Assembly (NCBI RefSeq): GCF_011745625.1
Contig: NW_027191458.1
Location: 186,001 to 250,000 of the forward strand
Reading direction: 5' to 3'
From: Cladosporium halotolerans
Taxonomy: Eukaryota
Length of the DNA: 64,000 bases
The position numbers were made by a program, and so were the translations under genes. Shown piece after piece: positions 24,822-36,800 of the stretch. The notes beneath the pieces are model-generated. The model was not told the origin of the DNA, ran no database searches, and saw nothing but the letters and a program-made list of their open reading frames with translations. Position 1 is the first letter of the stretch, and every line of letters starts with the position of its first letter.

Positions 24822-25838
24822 TTAAAGCTCGATGACGACCTTCTTGGCAGAGACACCCTTCTTGTTAGTGTCGCAGCCCTTCTGCACATTCTCCAGCCCC
24901 TTGCCAACAACAAGCGGCTCCGGCACAAGCCTGAGCTTACCCTGCTGCAGCGCCTCCTGCACGTAGCTCTTCCAAACGGGGTGAGTCGTCTCGGAGATAC
25001 CAAAGACGTTGCCGACCTTCACAGCATCCGGCACATTCTGCGGCCCAGGCAGGGTCACAGCGAGGTTGCCCGCGCCGCACTTCTCCATAATCGGCACGGT
25101 GATCTGGTAGCTGTCCTGGTTGGAGATGGTGTCGTAGACGCCGATGAAGTTGCGCGGCTCGGCGGCCTTGACGGCTTTGGCGACGTCGTCGACGACGCTA
25201 GAGGACTTGTAGTCGAACGCCTCGCTGGCGCCCAGCGAGCGCACGAAAGCGTGGTTGCGCTCGGATACGATGGCGATGACGTGCGCGCCGGAGGCGACGG
25301 CGAGCTGGACTGTCAGGGCGCCGACGGAGGAGCTGGCGCCGTAGACGACGAGGGTCTTGCCGCTCTGCGTGGGTGTGAGAGTAGGGTACTCGAGACCCAT
25401 GAAGCCGTTCTGGCGGGAGCCGTAGAGGCCTGCGGAGGCGGTGTCGAGGGCGAGGGGCAGGACGGAAGCCTCGGAGAAGCTGGCGCTGTCTGGGATCTTG
25501 CCGACGATGGCGGCGGGGGCGGCAGTGTAGAGCTGGAAGCCGCCGTGCTTGGGGTCCTGGGTGGCGAGGCTGATGGCGTGGGCAGAGACGCGGTCGCCTT
25601 TCTGGAGATGCTTGACGTTGCTGCCGACCTCGACGATCTCGCCGGCGACGTCGCAGCCCAGAACGATGGGCCACTTCTGGATAAACATGCCGGTGTCTTG
25701 AATCTTCCAGTCGACCGGGTTGATTGCGATGGCGTGGTTCTTGATCACGACCTCGTCCGCATTGGCCTTGGGCATGTCAGCCTCTGCGACACGGAGGGTC
25801 TGGCCCTTGCCGTCGAGCCATGCTGCTTGGTTGGACAT
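24822..25838 (-). CDS. Zinc-type alcohol dehydrogenase-like / enoyl-reductase (MDR superfamily, CipB-like)
   Basis: MSNQAAWL, KNHAIAINPVDWKIQ, P.VLGCDVAGEIVEVG, VVYGASSSVG Rossmann motif, C-terminal GVSAKKVVIEL. Confidence 0.9.
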   Translation of the reverse strand: MSNQAAWLDGKGQTLRVAEADMPKANADEVVIKNHAIAINPVDWKIQDTGMFIQKWPIVLGCDVAGEIVEVGSNVKHLQKGDRVSAHAISLATQDPKHGGFQLYTAAPAAIVGKIPDSASFSEASVLPLALDTASAGLYGSRQNGFMGLEYPTLTPTQSGKTLVVYGASSSVGALTVQLAVASGAHVIAIVSERNHAFVRSLGASEAFDYKSSSVVDDVAKAVKAAEPRNFIGVYDTISNQDSYQITVPIMEKCGAGNLAVTLPGPQNVPDAVKVGNVFGISETTHPVWKSYVQEALQQGKLRLVPEPLVVGKGLENVQKGCDTNKKGVSAKKVVIEL

Positions 25839-27161
25839 TTTGATTGTTGTTGTGGGTTCGTATCGATTGAGTCGTGGGGCTTCTTCAAGCTGTAATTTGG
25901 AGATTGGTTTTTTGTTTTTGATTGAGATCGACTGGAAGAAGAGGCAAGAGTCGATGATAGAACTCAAACGACGATGTGATGTGGAGTGGATTGTAAACTG
26001 TAGCAAAACGAAACGATGATGTCAGTCCGTCAATGGCAGGATTGTTCGAATGGTGGAGAGCCGACCGAACGAAGGGGACACCGTTGGACTTTATGAAGCT
26101 TGATCCAATATCACGCTAAGCCTTTGCTCGTATATAAATTTCGCTTTGTCAATTGGGTTTTCCGTCGTACCGAGTAATCTGCGGTGAGCTACCGGACTTT
26201 GCATCCTTTGAGCGGACTGGCACGTTGCTTTGTCAGAAAGCCAGCCTTCGGCGCGGAACAGACACCGCAAGAGGTAACCGAGCGGGTAGATTCGGCGAAG
26301 TCGATGGAATATACCCCAAAGCCATTGTGCTCAAGACGGACAACGGCGATTAATTGCACCGATATGCCGTATGTTGCAATAGAGAGCGCAAAAACTTGTG
26401 TGCTGCTCACTCAGTCCTGTGAGTTCAAGTTTCTTGCGGTGTCAAGGGTTAGGGTTCAATCTGCTCTAGCTATTTTGTGGCTGATGAAGGTGTCACGGTG
26501 TAACATCAGGATTCAAGTGTGCTTTGAAGTGAAACATTGCAATGAGCTGAGTTTCTTCACAAACCCAACGAAGTGAAAATTAGTTCGTTCACTGCACCCC
26601 TGGATGGATGTGGCCGGAGTGATCGTGACAACCATGCATCTTCTGTCCTTGACTGAATGAGGGCGTATCTCCATATGCCCCATGTACCTGTTATACATTG
26701 GTTCTTCGACCGACCCCCCGTAGAAACGCATACTCAGTAAGGATAGCAAACATGTATTCACTGATTGCATACTGCATCGATCACAGTTGGCTGCATTTCA
26801 GCAGCGACGCACAAGTTCGTTCATTCATGACCGCATCAGCTGGCGCGATTCTGTAGACCAGTCTTCACTTACATGAAGCACGTGCCCCGCACTTAACCTT
26901 GCATGGCTTTCAGGGATGTCGTCAGGTGCTCGAAATGCTGCTTGAGCTCACATGTCGCGCGGGGTTGTTCAAAAGCATTCATGTGCTCGACGGGATACTT
27001 CACGGACCCCATCACTCAAACGACACACTTTATCAATTCTCTACCCCCATAAGCCACTGTGCTACATCACAACACCACCGGAATCTCTACGCTTCCTCCT
27101 CTCGCTTACCCCATAGTCGGCGCTTCGATTTTCATCAAAGCGCTTCGACTTCAATCAGACC

Positions 27162-29420
27162 ATGGCCGACACCCTCGCTCTCCACTGTCGGATCGCCGTC
27201 CTGGAAACCGAGCTTCGCCTGACTAAAGAATCGCTTCGCCAATATCAAAACGGCGGCATCCAACTCGTAAACCTCCTCGCCCAAAACAGTCAAGGTGCCC
27301 CATCAACCAACGTCCTTTCCGCGGAGCAGAAAGAGATCGCCAACCTTCGCTTCCAACTCCACGATGCAGGCGAGCGCATTGAAGAATTGGAGAGGTCGCT
27401 GAAGACTGTGAGAGGAGCGAAGGATGTGCTGTTGAACCTGAGGAAGAAGGAGCGAGCTGATGCAACCAAGAAAGAGGCAAACCCTGATGGAGATGTTGGC
27501 TGGAATACTTATGCGGAGTCTTGCGCTGAAAGAATCCACGACGGACCAGAGATCGAAGATTCAACAAGTCAGGTGCCGAACTATGGACGGAAACAGCAAT
27601 GGGCTCGCGATCAAGCCAACCTCAAGTCTGCTGATACCAAGTCTGGTCGCGCGGACCCACCACCCGCTACTATCTACTGCGGAAAGAAAGTTGACTACTT
27701 TTCAACAGCTCCATGGAGCTATGGAAACAAGGAGAAGGAAGTGTCTGTCGCTCGCCAGGAGTCCAAAGTCGCCACTCCTGAAGAAGCCCCCATCCAGGGC
27801 ACCAGGATCGAAGGCTCCAATGGTCAAGTCTTCTGGATCACCCCAGCTTCGCCTGACGAGACGGACTGGATGGAAAGAGCACCTGCAAACGGTGCTGAAT
27901 CTCCGCGTACCACTGCCCAGAGATTGAAGGATTGGTTTGCTCCTGACGAGCACAATCACCTTCTTGAGCTTGCCTGCGACATCGAGGACAAGGAGAAAGA
28001 TGAGTACGAGATATACTGGGAAGATTATGCCATCGCGTTCAACGGGCATTCTGAAAAAGAATGGAGAACGTACTATGAAACTGTGATCCGCCCGGTATAT
28101 CTGGAGGAGCTTGAAGGAGCTAGGCGTGATGAGGAGGTCGCCAAATGGAGGGAGTTCGCGGAGGACAAGGAAGACGAAGGTGAAACGCCAGAGCCTCCCG
28201 AGGGCGACAATGACGTGGAAAAGGAACAAGCAAGCTCCTCGGCTGATCACGAGGGCGTTGCTGTGACTTGCTTGCTTGACATGAACGACTTCACGTCCAG
28301 CGGTAAATGCGTCGGAAGTCCGGATACGGGATTGCAATCCCCAATCCTTCCCAATCACAGTATGATCGAGGTTCCAAGCGGCAGACACGGAGAGCCCCAA
28401 CTCGATTCCACTGACTCTCGCACTCTCGATGTCGTGGCGGAAGACTCCAGGCCCGGGGCCGATGAAATCGTCCAAGACAACGAGGTTGAAGGGTCCGAAG
28501 GCGTTCAAGCACCCACCAAGCCATCAGCCACTGGCCCCACGACAACCATGGACCCGGAAAATGTCACTTCGCAACCCTCAGTCATCGAGGAAGGCACAGC
28601 CCGCCCAATCCACATTCGCTCCTACAGCAAAGAGGAAGTCAAGCGCCAGGAGATCTCCCGCCACGACTCCAAAGCGTCCGTCTCCCCTGCTGCCCCCCAA
28701 ATCCCCGTTCAACCCAAGAACAAGCTCTCAGACTCTATGCACGCGCCGAAAGACCCCGCCTTGCCTAGACCCAGAGCACCCCTCCCATGGCAACAATTCG
28801 TCTCCCGCAACGGCGGCTCCCCGGACCCCACCCTCCGCCGCACGATCCTCATCACCAACATCCCCACGAGCACCGCCCTCACCACCGTCCTCGACAACAT
28901 CCAAGGCGGCCGCCTCCTCCGCATCCGCTACGTCGACACAGCAAGAATGCAAACCCTGCCCCCGATCGAAACCAACACCGTCATCGTCGAGTTCATCGCC
29001 AACATCGACGCGCGCCGCTTCTGCGCCTCCTACACCAAAGACTCGATGACTCTGCTCTCTGGTGGGAAAACGCACACCGCGAACGTAAGCCTGATCCCCA
29101 CGGCCAGCAAGCCGATCCCCTTCTTCCTCTCCCGCGGCTTGCGCGAGGAAGGATGGTCGCGTGTGCTTTACGTGCACGGCGACATCGGCGCTGAAGAATT
29201 GGTCGGGAAGATCGAGATGGCGTGGGGTGCGCCGAGGCGCCCTTTGAGGACCAAGGAGGAGAGTGGGCTGATGACGCTCGAGTATACGGCCGTGGAGGAT
29301 GCTGTGAGAGCGTTTGAGGTGTTGGGGCAGGAGCCGGCGGTGGAGGGGATGGGGGTAGGCTTTTTGCCGGATCCGTGTGCGATCGCGAGGGTGGTTGAGG
29401 TTGGTGGGGAGGGTGAGTGA
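27162..29420 (+). CDS. Hypothetical protein: N-terminal coiled coil, central Myb-like helix-turn-helix, C-terminal RRM-like region
   Basis: 752-aa intronless ORF with RIAVLETEL coiled coil, YWEDYAIAFNGHSEKEWRTYYETVIRP, and RRTILITNIP...VLDNIQGG...VIVEF (RNP2/RNP1-like). Domain calls made by eye. Confidence 0.75.
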   Translation: MADTLALHCRIAVLETELRLTKESLRQYQNGGIQLVNLLAQNSQGAPSTNVLSAEQKEIANLRFQLHDAGERIEELERSLKTVRGAKDVLLNLRKKERADATKKEANPDGDVGWNTYAESCAERIHDGPEIEDSTSQVPNYGRKQQWARDQANLKSADTKSGRADPPPATIYCGKKVDYFSTAPWSYGNKEKEVSVARQESKVATPEEAPIQGTRIEGSNGQVFWITPASPDETDWMERAPANGAESPRTTAQRLKDWFAPDEHNHLLELACDIEDKEKDEYEIYWEDYAIAFNGHSEKEWRTYYETVIRPVYLEELEGARRDEEVAKWREFAEDKEDEGETPEPPEGDNDVEKEQASSSADHEGVAVTCLLDMNDFTSSGKCVGSPDTGLQSPILPNHSMIEVPSGRHGEPQLDSTDSRTLDVVAEDSRPGADEIVQDNEVEGSEGVQAPTKPSATGPTTTMDPENVTSQPSVIEEGTARPIHIRSYSKEEVKRQEISRHDSKASVSPAAPQIPVQPKNKLSDSMHAPKDPALPRPRAPLPWQQFVSRNGGSPDPTLRRTILITNIPTSTALTTVLDNIQGGRLLRIRYVDTARMQTLPPIETNTVIVEFIANIDARRFCASYTKDSMTLLSGGKTHTANVSLIPTASKPIPFFLSRGLREEGWSRVLYVHGDIGAEELVGKIEMAWGAPRRPLRTKEESGLMTLEYTAVEDAVRAFEVLGQEPAVEGMGVGFLPDPCAIARVVEVGGEGE

Positions 29421-29673
29421 GAGAGATTGTGGCTGTGACGATCTGGCGGTTTGGTCTGGTGTTCGGTGGAATCTGCGAGGCAGAGTGCTGGAGGTGAGAG
29501 AAATCAAACGGTGTATCGAGACGTCTGGAATGCGACTCTAGCAGTGTCCAAAGAAGCTGAGTAGCCAAAAAAAATTCAATCGGTCTATGAAAATCGTCCC
29601 TGCGTCAGCAATCGTTCCAGCTCATCTAGCCCCTCTCTTCCCCTAACAACCCACAGCCCCCCTCCCAAACCCC

Positions 29674-30324
29674 CTACTTCCTCGCCGGCCTAATCATAAG
29701 CGTATGCACCACATTCTCCTCGCGCCCCCACTCCCTCGCATCAAAATCCATGACCCCGACCTCCTCAAACCCCCACTTAGCATACAACCCCTTCCCCTTC
29801 GGACTACTCTCCAAATACGCCCTGAGTCCCAACTCATCCGCCCTCCTCAACCCATCCTCAAGCAACATCGCCCCGAGGCCCTTCCGCTGATGCCCCGGGT
29901 GCACAACCAAAATCGACAGAAGCATATACGGCTCGCCGCCGAAAATCTCCCGCCTCTTGCGCCCCAGCTCGCCGAAAAAAGCCCCCATGGCCTCTGCGTT
30001 GGCGCCCGGCGGCGGGTCGCGGTGTCCCTCTTCGTCTTCCCTGTCAAGCTCCGCCTCGGTCCTCTGGCGCGCGTGGATTTCCCACTTCGCCGTCGCGACG
30101 ACCTGGCCGTCGGCTTCGACGGCTTTGACGAAGAGGAGCTCGTCCGGGTGCGCGGCGGCCTTTTGGATGGTTTTGACGTTCACGGCGGTCATGTGGGCGG
30201 CGGCGTCGGGCGGGCAGCCGGTGGGGTAGAAGACGGACATGAGGTCGGGGCCGAAGGCGGCGTTCATGAGGGCCGTTTGGGCGGGGGCGTCGGGGGGTGT
30301 CATGGGGGAGAGGGTTATGGGCAT
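29674..30324 (-). CDS. GNAT-family N-acetyltransferase
   Basis: Motif A LVVHPGHQRKGLGAMLL and motif B YLESSPKGKGLYAKWGF. Confidence 0.92.
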   Translation of the reverse strand: MPITLSPMTPPDAPAQTALMNAAFGPDLMSVFYPTGCPPDAAAHMTAVNVKTIQKAAAHPDELLFVKAVEADGQVVATAKWEIHARQRTEAELDREDEEGHRDPPPGANAEAMGAFFGELGRKRREIFGGEPYMLLSILVVHPGHQRKGLGAMLLEDGLRRADELGLRAYLESSPKGKGLYAKWGFEEVGVMDFDAREWGREENVVHTLMIRPARK

Positions 30325-31385
30325 TTTGGCGGTGGTGGGTGGGTGGGTGTTGTTGGTGCGGTTGGTTTGGGGGTTGGGTGTGGTTTGTGATGTTGTGTCG
30401 TGAGTTGGAGCGTGTGTGTACGGTTGTATGGTGTAGTGTGAAATGTACCAAAAGATAGATTGGGAGATGGAGATGGAGAGAAAGAAGCAGACCTACCGGC
30501 GACCAGGTCTATATACACTTGATGAGTTGAAATCCTATACGAAGGATGACCGGTACGAGGATCTAGTCGGTACGAGCGCAGACGAAGGAACGAGTCATAA
30601 CGCTTTCTTCAAGGTTAGGTTGCGCTCGTCGCTAGCTGAGCTGGGGTCTGGTGCCTCGGAGCTTGGGAGGGTCGCTGCGGTCGACGAAGTTGGGAGGCGG
30701 GGAGTTTTGGGAGTGGAGCCCGCGGGCTCCGAAGATCTCAGCTGCCTTGAGATTATTGAGGTTACCTACAAACACAGCCACTGCTAATCTTTGTGATCAC
30801 GACAAGACGCGAAGGAAGCTTTGAGGCTGAGCGGACGACGTAAGACGGACGGATTCGCATACCACGAGGTGCCGGCTCCGCGGGACGCGAGATACGTACG
30901 TAGAGCATCCGATCAAATGCTCGGTTTGAAGAAGGTGCTTGACATTGCCTCAGTCAAAGTGTGGTCCTTCAAAGGTACATTCGAAAGTCTGTAAAAGAAA
31001 CAGCGTCTGATTACTCATCTCTTTTGGAGAATCTGCGGTGAATGCTAGATAGTATCATGGATTATTCCGTACCAGCAGGGAGCAGGAGGGCCATCACCAG
31101 AGGCCTCACAACATGAGAGCCCTCGCTCAGCCCTGTAGTTCGATAACATTCTGAACATCACAATGAATTCACGTATTGAACTGAGATCGAGCTGTATTGC
31201 TTGGCAAGTTGCCGGTGTTTTTGAAATCAACCAGCTTCCTGAGTGAAAGGGCCGGGGGGCGCGTCAAGTGGATATATCTTTTCTCTCAGTGATGCCTTGA
31301 TACGTGAATGACATGCAGTCTGACCGCTTAGTGATCTTCAAAAACCAAATCTCAATAACCAATCAACCCCTTCCCATCTCCACTC

Positions 31386-32855
31386 CTAAGCCCTGACCTT
31401 CACCTCCGACACCGTCATATCAACTGGCCACCTCGCCTCCATCTCCGCCTCCTCCGCCTCCCCCCACGCCATCGGCAACACCGCAAACGTCAAATAACTC
31501 GTATGCGTCTTGACCTCCGGCTCAGTCCTATGCACCAGCCTGCCCTCCTTGAACAGCTTCCTGCCCCCCAACTCCGCCCTGATCCCCTCCAGCCTCTCCG
31601 CCTTGCTCTGCACCTTGCCCGCTCCCGGCACGCCCGCCTTGCCCGCGTGGAACTCGCTCAGCTTCGCGTCGACCTCGCGCAGCCTGCTCAGCGACTCCTC
31701 GACCGTGGCCGGGTTGGAGTTGACGCCGCGCAGGCCTTCCTCTTTGATGCCGACGCGCTCGCGGCGCACGTCGAGGCGGCGGTTCTGCACCTCGACGGTC
31801 TGGATCTCGGTCCAGCCGGCTTTGCGCAGCGCGGAAGCCGTCGCGGTCACTTGCTCGATGCAGGGGGAGAAGGTGCAGATGTTGACGGCGGAGTTGGGGT
31901 CGAGGGGGGAGGTCGGGGAGGAGGAGCGGGAGAGGTGCTTGAGGGCCAGCCAGGGCATGGGGAGGTCGAGGAAGATGGCGTTGGCGCGGGGGGAGACGGC
32001 GGAGGGGAGCAGGAAGCCGTCGTTGTAGACGTCGCGGTGGTTGACGTGGACGAGGGGCTGCAGGCCGTGGGCGGAGATTTCGCTGCGGAGCGTGTCGACG
32101 CGGGGCGCGTGGTACTCGAAGCTGCAGACTTTGCCGTGGCTGGTGGTGTCGGAGGAGTCGGAGGGGTAGCCGTTGTAGACGGCGCGGGCGGCGGCGTGCG
32201 TGAAGCTGCCGCTGCCGGCGCCGGCTTCGATGAGCGTTTGTCCGGGCTTGACTTGCATGCGCTGCAGGATGTAGGAGTAGTCGGGCGTGTAGACGACTTG
32301 CGTGCGGTGGTCCAGGGAGTAGGTCCACGATTCGGGTGTCGGGGGAAGGACATGCATGAATCCGGATCCGGCCTCGACTGCTGCTTTCAAGGGAGGTTGG
32401 GGAGGTTTGATGGTGGGCTCGGGGGCGGCCTTCATCTTCTTCGTGGGTGATTCGGGCGGCTGCAGCTGTTCGTCGTCTGCTTTCCGCTTCTTCGAGTCTG
32501 CGGCGGCTTCATCTTGAGGCGGTTGCTCAGCAGGCTCAGACGCCGGCGTAGCAGTGCCGCTTTTTGCATTTTTTGTTTTACGTCCTCTAGTGCCGGTGTC
32601 GACCTTACTGGCGCGTACTTGGCTGCCCCAGGGAACGCCAATCAAGGTGCTGTGCGGGTAAGAGCCAAAGCGAGTGTTGGTAACAGCACCCTCTGCGTAT
32701 CCATCGTTGGCAGTCGTTCGTAGTGTGACAGGAAGCAGACTGTCGCGCTTGACATGTAATATGGCCAGGGAGTCTGCCTGCGCTGTGAGTGGCGGGTGGA
32801 AAAAGGGCGATACGACGGGTGCTGGTTGTTGCTCTACCCCTTCCATGGCGGACAT
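31386..32855 (-). CDS. TRM61: tRNA (adenine-58-N1)-methyltransferase catalytic subunit
   Basis: TRFGSYPHS, PTPESWT.SL.HRTQVVYTPDYSYI, EAGAGSGSFTH, FLDLPMPW, FSPCIEQV, HTSYLTFA. Confidence 0.95.
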   Translation of the reverse strand: MSAMEGVEQQPAPVVSPFFHPPLTAQADSLAILHVKRDSLLPVTLRTTANDGYAEGAVTNTRFGSYPHSTLIGVPWGSQVRASKVDTGTRGRKTKNAKSGTATPASEPAEQPPQDEAAADSKKRKADDEQLQPPESPTKKMKAAPEPTIKPPQPPLKAAVEAGSGFMHVLPPTPESWTYSLDHRTQVVYTPDYSYILQRMQVKPGQTLIEAGAGSGSFTHAAARAVYNGYPSDSSDTTSHGKVCSFEYHAPRVDTLRSEISAHGLQPLVHVNHRDVYNDGFLLPSAVSPRANAIFLDLPMPWLALKHLSRSSSPTSPLDPNSAVNICTFSPCIEQVTATASALRKAGWTEIQTVEVQNRRLDVRRERVGIKEEGLRGVNSNPATVEESLSRLREVDAKLSEFHAGKAGVPGAGKVQSKAERLEGIRAELGGRKLFKEGRLVHRTEPEVKTHTSYLTFAVLPMAWGEAEEAEMEARWPVDMTVSEVKVRA

Positions 32856-33895
32856 TGTTCGTGATTACTACCTTAGGTAGTAGTATTTTAGGCTACTGAC
32901 AGGCTGCCTGCAGGTATCCGTATCCGCAACCCGACGTCAAGCTCATACAGCGCGTGCTCTGCGCAATCGACCGATGCCGAAGCGAGCCTCACAAAAAATC
33001 CACACTATCGATAGCGCGCACGGCCCAACTTCACATGGTTGAGCCGCGAAGTGTCTTGGAGCCGGCGGCAGAGAGGCCCAACCATTGACGCTGCCATGGA
33101 ATATGGGAAGTATTCACTGAGGGGGGAAGCAGATGGTGGCAGGGCGTAGCAGTGCTATCAGTAGGCTTGGTCAATCAATCAGCCAAATTCAAGAGAGGGT
33201 AAATCAAATGCAGAGAGAAACAGCAGCAGCTCAGCAGTGACGTAGGCGGCTATCCTGAACACCCCATGGGCAGGTCCAGCTCGTCGCGGTGTGGAGAGTC
33301 GGAGATGGCTGGCGCTAGCGCGTCACTCAACCGACAACAAAACCTCCCCCCGGCCACTGCCGCCGTCGATACAGTAACAGCAGGCAGTAGTGCCAGGCCT
33401 GTCCTGCGTGGGGGCCGTAGACCGTGGGTGGAGGCGCCGGCAGCTCAGAGCTGTCGCTCGCATACGCGGTAAGTCCACCCGGCCTGGTACCTTGCCGATC
33501 TCTCACTCTCGCATGCCCTCATGATTATTTCCTCATCCTCCTCCTCCGCCGCACCTCCCCTCCAGTGCCTTTTCTGCCTTCCTCCCACCACTCTTCCCAT
33601 CCTCCACGAGGGAAGCAGCAGGGGCGGCGAGTTCTTGCTCTAAACAATTGCCTACCACCTTGGCCTCACCTCCCATCAACCTCCTCGCCGTCTCGAATCC
33701 CGACCCCGCTACACCTAACATCTCTCCTCCACCGCACCTTTGCTCCTCGCCGCACCAGCCAGCATTGATACCAGGCTGGTATTCTGCACTCCATTCTGCT
33801 CACTTTCTAGCTTTGCCTGCTTGCGCCTTCGTTTCGCCCATAGCTTCGTCCAGAGGAGGCTCTGAAGCACCTCGTAACCTGCAAACATCACAATC

Positions 33896-36800
33896 ATGGC
33901 GCCCGCACAGATCAATAACCCTACCGTCTACCTGCTTCCTCTCCGCGATGATGGCTCTCCGGACCTCCCCGGCGACCGCCCTTACATGTATCTGCCCGAG
34001 GTCACCAACCCCCACTACTGCGTCCGATTTGAGATTGAGGGCACCAGCTCCATCTGCCGCGAGGGAAGCCTCTGGGTGAATCTTCCCGGCAAGGGCGAGC
34101 AATTCGACCGCAAGAGTTTCAAGGAATACCAGTGCGTTGTGGCCGAGTTTCCATGCTGTTAGAGGGTGATTCTGACAAGATCCGCAGGCTGAAGCCCGAT
34201 TTCAGCGGCACCATCTCCATTGATGTGCCTGTGTACCAAGCTGGCGCTTTCGAGTTCTACACCACCTACACCCCTCTTCCTAAATTCACCACCGCTCCCA
34301 TTGACAAGCCCGAGCCGACGAGCACCAAGAAATACTACATCGATGTCGCCCCCCGCCTTCACATTGGCAAGTCCAAGCTGCCTCTGGACGCCATTTCCGT
34401 CATTTCCTGCTTGTCCAAATTCATGGGCAAATACCCTGAAGACTGGGACCGCCATCTCCATGGCATCAGCGAGCGTGGATACAACATGGTGCACTTCACC
34501 CCGCTTATGATCCGCGGTGAGAGCAACTCGCCCTACTCCCTCTACGACCAGCTCGCTTTCGACCCTGCATTTTTCCCCAATGGCGAGGCCGACATTTCGG
34601 AGATGACCACGAAGATGGAGAAAGAGTACAGCTTGCTTTCAATGACCGACGTGGTCTGGAATCACACCGCGAACAACAGCAAGTGGCTGGAGCACCACCC
34701 GGATGCTGGCTACAACCTCAAGACTGCTCCTCATCTGAGGCCAGCATACGAGCTTGACAGTGAAATGCTCAAGTACTCTGCTTCTCTTGCTTCAAGAGGC
34801 TTGCCCACGCACCTCAACAACGAAAGCGACTTGCAGAGGATTGTGGACGACATGGAGAGCACCGTCATTGGCGCTCTCAAGTTCTGGGAGTTCTACGTCG
34901 CAGATGTTGAGAAAGACTCCAAGGCGGCCACGGAAGCGTGGAAGAAGCACGACGTTGATTCTCAGCTGTCAGTCCCCGAAGACATTAGCAACTGGAGCCT
35001 CAAGCAAAAGGCGGACTGGCTGGTCGCCAATGCATTCGCTGGCACCGACCGCATGGGCGAGCGTTTCCGACGCAAGGCTATCCCGTCTAAGGCTGCCGCT
35101 CTGCTCCAGAAGCTCTTCGGCAAGTACAACGCTTCGGCCTACGACTTTAGCAGTGACGAAAGAAGCGCTTACGGCACCATGCACCGCTTTCTGAACGAAG
35201 TCAATCTCGCCTGGTACCGCGAGTTCAACGCCGATGTGGCAGCGATCAAGGAGCAAGTCTTCGGTCGCGCCAAGTACATGCGTCTTGAGCCCAACGGCCC
35301 GAAGATTGGAGACATCACCAACGAGAATCCTCTCATCGAGTCCTACTTCACGAGACTCCCCAAGAACGACGTCACCGCAAAGCACGACGCTGATTCTCTC
35401 GCTCTGGCCAACAACGGTTGGGTCTGGGCTGCAGATGTCATGAAAGACAATGCTGGACCGCTCTCCAAGGTTTTCCTTCGCCGTGAGCTCATAGTCTGGG
35501 GTGACTGCGTGAAGCTGCGCTATGGCTCTGGACCTGAGGACTCGCCTTACCTCTGGGAGCACATGACCAAGTACACCCAAATGATGGCGAAACACTTCAA
35601 CGCTTTCCGCATCGACAACTGCCACTCGACCCCCTCACACGTGGCTGAGCACATGCTTGACTCCGCTCGCCAGGTTCGCCATGACCTGGTCGTCGCGGCT
35701 GAGCTTTTCTCCGGAAACGAAGACATCGACTTCCTCTACTGCCAAAAGCTCGGCATTTCCTTCCTGATTCGCGAGGCTATGCAGGTCTGGTCGACCGCTG
35801 AGATGTCTCGTCTTGTCCATATCAACTGCGGCCGCCCGGTTGGAAGCTTGGAGCTCGATGACATCTCTGGCCTAGACAAGCCTACTGCTAACGGTGCTCT
35901 CGCCGAAGGTGAATCACCGACTGGACACGAGATCGTCCACAAGATCATCCCCTCCAAGATCCACGCTTTGTTGATGGACTGCACTCACGACAACGAAACG
36001 CCTATGCAGCGGCGCGATGGCCGTGACACGCTGACCAACTCTGCCCTCGTCGCCATGTGCGCCTCCGCTTCTGGATCCGTGTTCGGCATGGACGAATGCT
36101 ACCCCGAGCTGGTCGACCTGGTTCATGAGACCCGGCCGTACACAAGCCCGTACAGCAACCTCAAGCACGATGAAAGCATGAGGATCGGTGCCGGCGAGGG
36201 CGCAGGTAGCATCAAGAAGTTGATGAACCAGCTGCACCAAATCATGGGTATGGACGGCTACAACGAGTGCCACGTTCACCACGACGGCGAGTACATCACT
36301 GTGCACCGTCTGCACCCCAAGTCTCGCAAGGGCTACTACCTCATCGCACACACTGCTTTCCCTGGCTACGGTAATGGAAATGGCGGCTTCGGAGCACAGA
36401 CTCTTACTGGGACGAAGGCCAAACTTCTCGGCGCGTGGAACCTGGAGTGCGATCAGAGCGAGGAGGCGAAGAAGGCGGCCATCCACGACAAGGTGCTGCG
36501 CGGTGTTCCTTCCCACACCAAGGACATTCGCGGTATCAGGATTGACGGCGAGGGCCATGATAGCATCATCCGCATCCCCAACAACTTCCCCCCTGGCTCC
36601 ATCGCCGTCTTCGAGACCTGGATTCCTGCCGCTGAGCACAGCGAGGGCTTGGATAAGTTTGTCACCTCTGGCGCTCGCGATGCGTTCAAGGACGTCGGGC
36701 TTACTGATCTCAACGCCATCATGTACCGCGCAGATGCCGAAGAGCGTACTGCATCTGGCGGTGCCGACGGAGTCTACAGCATCCCAAACTTTGGGCCCCT

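Noticed and set aside
26445..26456. AGGGTTAGGGTT telomere-like 12-mer
   Set aside because: Isolated in a 1.3-kb divergent promoter, with no supporting telomerase RNA features or longer array.
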